Positions 8,316 through 14,326 of a DNA stretch of 33,225 bases are shown here, piece after piece. The stretch covers positions 1 to 33,225 of IMG/VR virus record IMGVR_UViG_3300028558_000013. One strand, 5' to 3'. The stretch comes from a virus. The notes under the pieces were generated by a model. The model searched no databases. It saw only the letters and a list, made by a program, of their open reading frames with translations, and was not told the origin of the DNA. Position 1 is the first letter of the stretch; every line of letters begins with the position of its first letter. The translations under genes were made by a program, and so were the position numbers.

Positions 8316-8784
8316 TGGGCGGGTAGATCGTCAAGGAGCCGCTGGCCAGTGCCGCAGTGAGGGCTACAGCGACCGTCTGAAAGGGTAGATATGGCCGAAA
8401 CCTTAGGGTGTACCCGTGCCTCTCAGCTTCTTTTGCGAACCTGCCCGCAGTCGGCATGAACGCACAACTAATCTCGCTAGGGCACTGGACACCAGCGTGT
8501 GTCAGGAGTGCCCGCGCAATCCCTCGCTTCCTGACCCCGAGTTTCACATTGACCCAAGCCACGGTGCTGGGATCACGCCAGCATATCCAACCCAAGATCG
8601 TGTCGTCCGGGGCTACGGCGACAGCGACCGTCCAGAGCGCCAGCAGCGGCTCTATCTGGTCAACCAGGATCTGACCGTGGACAGCTTGGGCATAGGCGCT
8701 ATTGCTCTGGTAGGAACGCACGAACGAATCGAGCAAAAAGGGGCGGTCTTCGACGGTGGCGGGGCGGATTTGAATCTTGGACAT
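8305..8784 (-). CDS. GNAT-family N-acetyltransferase
   Basis: 159 aa. Motif A-like VKLGVRKRGIARALL is preceded by ILGWICW beta strands, and the N-terminus (IRPATVEDRPFLLDSF) is typical of GNATs. It overlaps the terL start by 11 nt. Confidence 0.7.
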   Translation of the reverse strand: MSKIQIRPATVEDRPFLLDSFVRSYQSNSAYAQAVHGQILVDQIEPLLALWTVAVAVAPDDTILGWICWRDPSTVAWVNVKLGVRKRGIARALLTHAGVQCPSEISCAFMPTAGRFAKEAERHGYTLRFRPYLPFQTVAVALTAALASGSLTIYPPNGA

Positions 8785-8785
8785 T

Positions 8786-9373
8786 TTAAGCTCGTCTCTT
8801 GGTTCGTCCCGGGACTAGGAGTGTGTTAGTAGGCAGCTTCATGGCGCGGCAGTGACTCTCAAAAATGGTTCGGATGTTCTGACGACTTTTCTTGTGCCGC
8901 TTCTTGATGTCGGCTGTGATGCACCCAGCGTCAGCGAGATCGAGTAGCAGGCGCTTGGTCGGGCCGTCGGGGAGCCGGTGGGCGCCAGCGCTGAAGACGC
9001 TCCAGGCTTGCGCGATGGGGGTAGCAGCTACCGAGGCGGCTCCATAAAGGGACTCGGCTTCGAGCTGGGCAGTCTCCAGCGTGAGGACGGGTTCTTCTCT
9101 GTCTGCGTCCTCGATCTGGATGTAGCGGGAGACGAGCGGTCTCTTACACTTGCTGCAGTTGCAGCTTCTACTTTTGCGATGTGTTGGCTTTGACTGTTTC
9201 GGGTCGTCGGGTGCTTCGACTTTGTCGTCTTCGAAGGATGACGCTCTGAATTTATTGAGGTCGGCTCCAGCCTCAATATCCCGAAAGCCCGAACGCTTGA
9301 GCTTCCGATCCCAGATAGCCTGGAGTCGTTGAAACTCGGGATCCCTGGGACCCCGGGGCGGTCTCTGTGGCAC
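8786..9373 (-). CDS. Hypothetical basic protein (possible DNA-binding protein or small-terminase candidate, by position only)
   Basis: 195 aa with a GTG start. It contains a Cys cluster (SCNCSKCKRP) and a basic helix-rich C-terminus, and lies two genes upstream of terL. Confidence 0.5.
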   Translation of the reverse strand: MPQRPPRGPRDPEFQRLQAIWDRKLKRSGFRDIEAGADLNKFRASSFEDDKVEAPDDPKQSKPTHRKSRSCNCSKCKRPLVSRYIQIEDADREEPVLTLETAQLEAESLYGAASVAATPIAQAWSVFSAGAHRLPDGPTKRLLLDLADAGCITADIKKRHKKSRQNIRTIFESHCRAMKLPTNTLLVPGRTKRRA

Positions 9374-9375
9374 GT

Positions 9376-9822
9376 TTACCGCGCCTTCTTGGCCTGGCGC
9401 TGGAGGGCTGCGATATCGTCTTCGTTGCCGGTGTTGCCGGCTTGGCGTTCTTCAGCGGCCCATTGTTTCGCAATTGCACTGCATTTTGAAAGCTGCGACA
9501 GAATAACGTCATCGTCCGCACCCTTGCCCGCAAGCTTGGCACCGATCCTAGCCAGCATGATGCTGTTCAACCGGCGGACCTCCTCCTTTTGCGCGTCGAA
9601 CGACAAGTCACCTTCGCCACGGATGACGAGGGTTTTCTCATCAGCATCGCGCTGTGTAATGTTGATCCGTGTAGGGTTATTGTTCATTGATGCTATTTCT
9701 TCCGGAGTGAAGGTGCGGACATGTGACGGTGGGACGAATCCCGGTGGTCGGTCGTGTCTCTGGCGCGGGTCGGGGTTCGGCGAATTGCGCCACGTCCCGA
9801 CCGGATATTCGTCGGTGCTCAC
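9376..9822 (-). CDS. Hypothetical protein
   Basis: ORF track, 148 aa. Its start overlaps the upstream gene's stop by 1 nt, and its own stop lies 2 nt before the downstream start. Confidence 0.6.
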   Translation of the reverse strand: MSTDEYPVGTWRNSPNPDPRQRHDRPPGFVPPSHVRTFTPEEIASMNNNPTRINITQRDADEKTLVIRGEGDLSFDAQKEEVRRLNSIMLARIGAKLAGKGADDDVILSQLSKCSAIAKQWAAEERQAGNTGNEDDIAALQRQAKKAR

Positions 9823-10145
9823 TAGTTCGCAGGACCCTCCACCAGCTCCGCGGGCACCTCGGGCATTGCCTGATCGACCTTCTCTTCCGCTTTCGCCTTA
9901 GCGGCCTTTGCCTCGTCTACGATGCGGGCAACGACTTCGCGGACCCTGTCTTCAATTCCGAGAACTTCGATAACGGCGCTGACCACCACCTGAGTGTGAC
10001 CGACGTACTCAGCGAGCTGCTGGTTGTGGCCGTCATGCTCCTGGCGAGCGTTGTCGAGCGATTCGACCGCGCGACCAGTGAGGCCGACATATTTGTTAAA
10101 GGCGTCTTCGAGATTTTTGATACGGATTTTGTTCGAGGGCTGCAT
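9822..10145 (-). CDS. Hypothetical coiled-coil protein
   Basis: ORF track, 107 aa. Its translation-initiation region TAGAAAGCTCCCAAATGCAGCC is nearly identical to the one at 10428. Confidence 0.6.
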   Translation of the reverse strand: MQPSNKIRIKNLEDAFNKYVGLTGRAVESLDNARQEHDGHNQQLAEYVGHTQVVVSAVIEVLGIEDRVREVVARIVDEAKAAKAKAEEKVDQAMPEVPAELVEGPAN

Positions 10146-10263
10146 TTGGGAGCTTTCTAGTGTTGGGAGTTGGGATTACGGGGGCGGGGGTGCTGTCTAC
10201 TCGGATGCGGCCTGGAGTGCCGCAGCGATTGCCGCGCGAGCTTCACCACCAAGACAGCTCGGC

Positions 10264-10428
10264 TCATAGCTGAGCGGGTCGAGGTTCGACCAACCGAATA
10301 CGAGACGGCCAGTCACCTTGTGAGGGATAATGACGATGATTTGGGGGGAGAAGTGGAATCGTGGTTGTTTCCACGAAGTGACAGCTGTACAGCGTCTCCA
10401 GCTCCTGTAGTTCGGTCATTGGCTGCAT
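10264..10428 (-). CDS. Small hypothetical ORF (54 aa), possibly the 5' part of a frameshifted gene
   Basis: ATG at 10428 preceded by TAGAAAGCTTCCAA. It is below the track length cutoff. A second frame with protein-like translation continues to the TAG at 10197-10199. Confidence 0.3.
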   Translation of the reverse strand: MQPMTELQELETLYSCHFVETTTIPLLPPNHRHYPSQGDWPSRIRLVEPRPAQL

Positions 10429-10463
10429 TTGGAAGCTTTCTATATTTGGGGTGTGGATAGGAG

Positions 10464-10913
10464 TTACTTCGTTTCCGCGATCTTCTTCGCGTACTGGTCG
10501 ATCGTGCGCTTGGCCGTGTCGAAGGCGCCGTTGTCGATCAGGCCCGAGACGACGTCTTTGAGAGTAGTGATGAGATGGGCGCGGTTCTTTTCGAGCGCTT
10601 GGGCAAGTAGGGCTTCGCGCTCAGTCGACGAAAGGTACTCTTTGGTCTGTGCAAGGCCGCTCTCGTTAAAGAGACCGCCACTGAGGCAGCCACCAACAGC
10701 CGCACCCGAAAGGCCACCCTGAACCTGTCCAACGCCACATGAGGCGGTGGTGGGCTCCGAGCCGCGGTGATCCTCGACAACAGGATCGGTGATGCGGCCG
10801 ACACCGTTGCGATCGATGGTCAGGATGCTCAGTTCGCCGCGCATCGAGTCCAGAAGGAGAAAGCGGTTCGGATTGCTGGTGGGAGTGATAGAGCTGCAGT
10901 GCTTCTTGGTCAT
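10464..10913 (-). CDS. Hypothetical protein with a glycine-zipper-like segment
   Basis: ORF track, 149 aa, with a central GGLSGAAVGGCLSGGLF segment. Confidence 0.6.
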   Translation of the reverse strand: MTKKHCSSITPTSNPNRFLLLDSMRGELSILTIDRNGVGRITDPVVEDHRGSEPTTASCGVGQVQGGLSGAAVGGCLSGGLFNESGLAQTKEYLSSTEREALLAQALEKNRAHLITTLKDVVSGLIDNGAFDTAKRTIDQYAKKIAETK

Positions 10914-10971
10914 TCGGGTCTCTTTCTATTTATCTAGAGTTGTTCAAAAAGGGGCCGGTTAGGGGATGGGG

Positions 10972-11145
10972 TTAGGGGGAGAGGAGCGCGGTCAGCGAGA
11001 GGCAGATCCCCGCGAGCGCAAGCAGAACGTATCCGAGGTAGTTGCGGGTCGAAGGAGGGTAGTCACCAGCGTATGGCAGGCTAGATAGGCAGCTGCCGAC
11101 GAAGGCCGACGCGCCGAGGACCGCAAAAAAGTGGTCGAAGTGCAT
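10972..11145 (-). CDS. Small membrane protein, 57 aa, two hydrophobic segments (not in ORF track)
   Basis: The ATG at 11145 abuts the TAA of the upstream gene (TAAATG). Translation is MHFDHFFAVLGASAFVGSCLSSLPYAGDYPPSTRNYLGYVLLALAGICLSLTALLSP, ending at TAA 10972-10974. Confidence 0.5.
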   Translation of the reverse strand: MHFDHFFAVLGASAFVGSCLSSLPYAGDYPPSTRNYLGYVLLALAGICLSLTALLSP

Positions 11146-11385
11146 TTACTTCGACTCCGGACGGCGCTTGGAGCGGGATTCGTGGGTGACCTCGGCTGCA
11201 ACGACTGGCGCACAGACATCGAGCTTTCGGGAGATATCGTGTTGCTGGTCGATGATCTGGTGTTCGAGGCGGACGATCTCATCGGCCTTTGCGGCGACGG
11301 TGTGCATGTGCACGTGAATCCTTACCACTGTGCCGAAGGTGAAGCCGACCATTGCGGCCAGAAGGGCGATAGTGAGGAGGCGCAT
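11146..11385 (-). CDS. Membrane-anchored protein, 79 aa (N-terminal TM plus charged helical tail)
   Basis: ORF track. The N-terminus MRLLTIALLAAMVGFTFGTVV is a single hydrophobic helix. Confidence 0.6.
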   Translation of the reverse strand: MRLLTIALLAAMVGFTFGTVVRIHVHMHTVAAKADEIVRLEHQIIDQQHDISRKLDVCAPVVAAEVTHESRSKRRPESK

Positions 11386-11397
11386 TACGACAGATCC

Positions 11398-11502
11398 TCA
11401 AAAGAGCAAGGCGTACAACCCGCGAATGACTAGGAGGGCGATGACGCCCACCGTGGCCGACAGCCCGATGACAGCAAACAGCTCGGTGATTTCAGGAGAC
11501 AT
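11398..11502 (-). CDS. Tiny single-pass membrane protein, 34 aa (not in ORF track)
   Basis: The ATG at 11502 abuts the TAA of the upstream mini-ORF. Translation is MSPEITELFAVIGLSATVGVIALLVIRGLYALLF. Confidence 0.45.
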   Translation of the reverse strand: MSPEITELFAVIGLSATVGVIALLVIRGLYALLF

Positions 11503-11586
11503 TTACAGCAACTCTTTCAAATACCGACCGAGGGTGAGTCCTGCGCCGATGACGACGCCAAGGAGGATGCAAGCTAGGTAGAGCAT
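11503..11586 (-). CDS. Tiny single-pass membrane protein, 27 aa (not in ORF track)
   Basis: The ATG at 11586 lies 2 nt after the stop of the 140-aa gene. Translation is MLYLACILLGVVIGAGLTLGRYLKELL. Confidence 0.4.
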   Translation of the reverse strand: MLYLACILLGVVIGAGLTLGRYLKELL

Positions 11587-11588
11587 AT

Positions 11589-12011
11589 TTAGTTACGTGA
11601 TCCTTTCGTGTTTCTGAGGATTTCGGAAAAACGGGTGATATCGAAAGTGCGCGTAACGCCCGTCGCGTTGACCACGACCGTGATGGAAGTGGCTGTCAGG
11701 GACTTGTGCGACGCGAGGTAGTCCGCGATGACGTCGAGGTCGGTTGACTTGGGCTTGTTCTTGCCCCTCTTCGTCTCCCGAATCTCGATAACTCCGTCGA
11801 AGTCGGGATACTCGGCCAGCAGACGCCTTGCGATGGCGGGGGCCGTGTTGGAGTTGATCTTGCGCTTCAACTCGGCGCGGGTCGTCTCCAGAAGCAGCCG
11901 GACAGAGATGGTCTCTGCGTTGTCGAAGAGGAGGGTGAGGGCCTGCTCTTTGACGTGTTGGTAAACGTCCGGGTCGATGTTGGGGTCGGTGGAGTAGTTG
12001 GGAGTGCTCAT
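11589..12011 (-). CDS. Hypothetical protein
   Basis: ORF track, 140 aa. No recognisable motif. Confidence 0.6.
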   Translation of the reverse strand: MSTPNYSTDPNIDPDVYQHVKEQALTLLFDNAETISVRLLLETTRAELKRKINSNTAPAIARRLLAEYPDFDGVIEIRETKRGKNKPKSTDLDVIADYLASHKSLTATSITVVVNATGVTRTFDITRFSEILRNTKGSRN

Positions 12012-12065
12012 GTTCGATGCCTCCCTATACAGATTGTGTCTTGTGTTTGAGAACTCACTCCCAAG

Positions 12066-12398
12066 TTAGGAAACACGCGTTGACAATCGAGTTTCGAACG
12101 CCTGGAGGTACGCAACTACCGCCTTTGCTTTGTCGATCGTGATGCCGCGTCCTAGATGCGTCTTGTTGCACCACCAGCAACAAATTCCTCGGATGAGAGC
12201 CCGCCTCTGATCGTCAGGCAGCTTCTTGTAGCCCTTAACGTGCGCGTGGTCGGTTACCCACCGGCCAGTGGATGGGACCTTGCCGCAAATGGCGCAGACG
12301 TTGCCCTGTGAAGCGAGGATCTCTAGCCACTGTTCAGCGGTGACGCCGTATTTACGTAAAGTCGCTGCGCTTGGGGGAGTCGGCTGGATCAGCGGCAA
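12066..12398 (-). CDS. Recombination endonuclease VII family protein
   Basis: 110 aa. The pattern VCAICG ... VTDHAHVKG ... RGICCWWCNKTHLG matches the Cys/His layout of the endonuclease VII (T4 gp49-like) family. Confidence 0.8.
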   Translation of the reverse strand: MPLIQPTPPSAATLRKYGVTAEQWLEILASQGNVCAICGKVPSTGRWVTDHAHVKGYKKLPDDQRRALIRGICCWWCNKTHLGRGITIDKAKAVVAYLQAFETRLSTRVS

Positions 12399-12862
12399 AC
12401 GCGCAGCACTCCAGCGATACGAGGATCAGGTAGGTCGTGTGGATGTTCGAATACGCCCGTCCCATTGCGGCTCTTGCCGTCGGGGGACGTGTTCGCGGCT
12501 ATACAGGTGAGCCCAGTGACCGTGCCGTCGATGCGTACGACGTCGGTGACGATCGAGACGTGACCAAGGCCATTACCGTGATCCTCGATTATTAAATCCC
12601 CTGGCCGGACGTCTTCGAACGGGACAACCAGGTGCTGATTTATTGCGAGTAGATGTAACGCCCCTGCAGACGGCTTGAGCTGCGTCTGGGGGTCTACGTC
12701 GAGCACCATGCAGCAGGCGTAGGCAGCGCAGTAGGAGCAGCCTGGAGGGCATCCGAGACGATGGAGCCAGGTGTCGATCTCAGGCGAGGAGTTCGGAGCT
12801 ACCTCACGAACAAAAAGAAATGAACGGCAGTGGGAGATGAGTACGGGCGCAGCTAGAGGCAC
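12389..12862 (-). CDS. NlpC/P60- or CHAP-like cysteine peptidase (endolysin candidate)
   Basis: 157 aa with a GTG start. A candidate catalytic Cys sits in GCSYCAAYACC and a downstream His in GDLIIEDHGNGLGHVSIV, as in phage cell-wall cysteine peptidases. It is the first gene of the leftward arm. Confidence 0.5.
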   Translation of the reverse strand: MPLAAPVLISHCRSFLFVREVAPNSSPEIDTWLHRLGCPPGCSYCAAYACCMVLDVDPQTQLKPSAGALHLLAINQHLVVPFEDVRPGDLIIEDHGNGLGHVSIVTDVVRIDGTVTGLTCIAANTSPDGKSRNGTGVFEHPHDLPDPRIAGVLRVCR

Positions 12863-12869
12863 AGATCTC

Positions 12870-12882
12870 TAGTAGCGAAACT
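12870..12882 (-). promoter_or_regulatory. 13-mer AGTTTCGCTACTA, leftward-facing copy
   Basis: Exact reverse complement of the copies at 13123-13135 and 18254-18266. It ends 7 nt before the GTG at 12862 and overlaps a perfect 9-bp hairpin (12878-12899). Confidence 0.55.
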
Positions 12883-12991
12883 CCCGTGAACGGGAGTTTG
12901 CCCGCACCCACCGAAATGATGGGGCGGGTCTCCAGTTCGAAGGCACTGTCAGAGGGTATGTAGCGAAGCTGGAATCAGCCCGTACACCCGA

Positions 12992-13010
12992 GGCATTTTA
13001 AAAAATGCGG
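12992..13010. promoter_or_regulatory. Candidate operator GGCATTTT-AAAAA-ATGCGG (AT-rich palindrome core GCATTTTAAAAAATGC)
   Basis: It lies in the divergent control region. A shorter relative, GGCATTTTATGCGG, occurs at 13064-13077. Confidence 0.3.
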
Positions 13011-13063
13011 CGCGTTAACCGCCCATTGTGGTGATTAATAAATGGGTACTGCTGGTTGTGGTG

Positions 13064-13077
13064 GGCATTTTATGCGG
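13064..13077. promoter_or_regulatory. Candidate operator GGCATTTTATGCGG
   Basis: It shares both half-sites with 12992-13010. Confidence 0.3.
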
Positions 13078-13122
13078 TCGAAAAGAGAGACTTAGGGGGT
13101 CGCAATCTCCTAAGTAGCAGAA

Positions 13123-13135
13123 AGTTTCGCTACTA
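13123..13135 (+). promoter_or_regulatory. 13-mer AGTTTCGCTACTA, rightward-facing copy
   Basis: Exact copy 24 nt upstream of the ATG at 13160. The leader GAAAGGATCGAACGATG follows and recurs at 18315-18331. Confidence 0.55.
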
Positions 13136-13159
13136 GACACATCAGGAAAGGATCGAACG

Positions 13160-13375
13160 ATGACAAAGCTCCAAGAGGTACTCGAATTCATCAAAAAGAC
13201 CGAGGGGACGCAAATCACGAACCGGAAGATATCGATCGCGGCAAACATCGGCTACGCGCAGACAGCCGCAATGTACGTTCACACGTTGATCGACACCGGC
13301 AAGATCGAGATCGTACAGACCACACGTGGATGGCACGGCGGCACTACTTACCGCGTGGTGTCGGAGGCAGAGTAA
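13160..13375 (+). CDS. Small winged-helix/HTH DNA-binding protein (Cro-like early regulator candidate)
   Basis: 71 aa and the first gene of the rightward arm. ITNRKISIAANIGYAQTAAMYVHTLIDTGKIEIV reads as an HTH plus wing. SD is AGGAAAGGA. Confidence 0.55.
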   Translation: MTKLQEVLEFIKKTEGTQITNRKISIAANIGYAQTAAMYVHTLIDTGKIEIVQTTRGWHGGTTYRVVSEAE

Positions 13376-13377
13376 TC

Positions 13378-14301
13378 ATGGCCGGGTATACGCCATTGTG
13401 GTCGTCTCTACTCGATTCGTCGACTTGGGCTGAGCCACCAGATATTCGATGCGTCTGGCTCACTCTGCTCTTGATGAAAAATCGACACGGTTACGTTGCG
13501 GCTTCCGTACTGGGATTGCAGCGGCGGGCTGGTGTCAGCATGGAGACGACGTTGCGGGCCCTAGAGCTTTTCTTGGCTCCCGATCCATTCAGCAGGACGA
13601 AGGATAACGAAGGTCGGCGTCTGAAAGAGGTGGATGGTGGGTGGATGGTCCTGAATTCAGAAAAATACAGGAGCGGGAAGACCGATGAGGAGAAGGCGTC
13701 TATTGCGGCCGAAAAGGAAGCGGCGAGGTTGGCAAAGGATGCGGAACGGAAGCGGCATGAACGTGAACTCAAGCGTCAGTCCAAAAACGTCCAGGAGCGT
13801 CCGAAGTCGTCCGAAGTCGTCCTAAAAACGTCCATTTCACAATCGGACGAAACTCGGACGCTGTCCAGTGGGGTTGCCAATGAAAACACCGGGTTGCAAA
13901 ACGCGTCCATGGACAAACACGAAAAATTGCCACATTCACATTCACATTCACATTCACCCAATCAACAGAAGGGTGTTGGCTTTGGACCGAAACTGAGTCC
14001 GGAGGAAAGACGTCAACTCGACTGTTTCACTGCCTCATTCTCCGACTGGCCTGCTCCTTCACCTGGATTCAATCCGGAGAAAAGACAAAAAGCTCAAGAG
14101 GCATTCATGGCACGTAACTTCACCGTCTCCGAATATATCCGGTTCCAGACTGCCCTAGAAGCCCGAGTCCAGGCATTCCGAGATGACACCACGTCTGACG
14201 ATCCGAGACGACTCCTAGGAACCTTCACCAACTTCGTCACCAACTGGGTAGATAAGCCAGAAGTCACTAAATCAGCTGCTCCAATCCAAGAGATCTACTA
14301 A
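13378..14301 (+). CDS. Replication initiator or replisome-organizer-like protein
   Basis: I prefer the ATG at 13378 (GGAGG 10 nt upstream, 2 nt after the previous stop) over the track start at 13330. The N-terminal domain (WSSLLDSSTWAEPPDIRCVWLTLLLMKNRHGYV ... LELFLAPDPFSRTKDNEGRRL) resembles phage replication organizer N-domains. It contains the iteron array and lies directly upstream of the helicase. Confidence 0.6.
   Translation: MAGYTPLWSSLLDSSTWAEPPDIRCVWLTLLLMKNRHGYVAASVLGLQRRAGVSMETTLRALELFLAPDPFSRTKDNEGRRLKEVDGGWMVLNSEKYRSGKTDEEKASIAAEKEAARLAKDAERKRHERELKRQSKNVQERPKSSEVVLKTSISQSDETRTLSSGVANENTGLQNASMDKHEKLPHSHSHSHSPNQQKGVGFGPKLSPEERRQLDCFTASFSDWPAPSPGFNPEKRQKAQEAFMARNFTVSEYIRFQTALEARVQAFRDDTTSDDPRRLLGTFTNFVTNWVDKPEVTKSAAPIQEIY
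13783..13860. repeat. Iteron array (putative origin of replication) inside the initiator gene
   Basis: CGTCC occurs at 13788, 13798, 13808, 13818 and 13829 (spacing 10, 10, 10, 11). Inverted GGACG occurs at 13845 and 13856. AAAAACGTCC occurs twice and CGTCCGAAGT twice in tandem. Confidence 0.5.
13931..13957 (+). repeat. (CACATT)4 CAC hexanucleotide microsatellite encoding HSHSHSHS
   Basis: Read directly from the sequence. It is in frame within the initiator gene, about 70 nt after the iterons. Confidence 0.9.
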
Positions 14302-14326
14302 GTCCGAATTATCCTGAAAGACTAAA

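Noticed and set aside
10170-10460. 96-aa plus-strand ORF in the gap between the 107-aa and 149-aa genes
   Set aside because: It lies on the wrong strand for the operon and has a Cys/Arg/Gly-rich translation. The minus strand shows a proper initiation cassette and protein-like frames.
12781-12800. Degenerate resemblance to the 17-mer (GAACGGCAGTGGGA) inside the peptidase gene
   Set aside because: It lacks the central TTAA and is two nt shorter, so it is not a credible fifth copy.
13015-13336. Minus-strand track ORFs 13015-13248 and 13142-13336 in or overlapping the switch region
   Set aside because: They run antisense through the promoter region and the first rightward gene. They have no RBS and implausible composition. 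The region is better explained as regulatory DNA.
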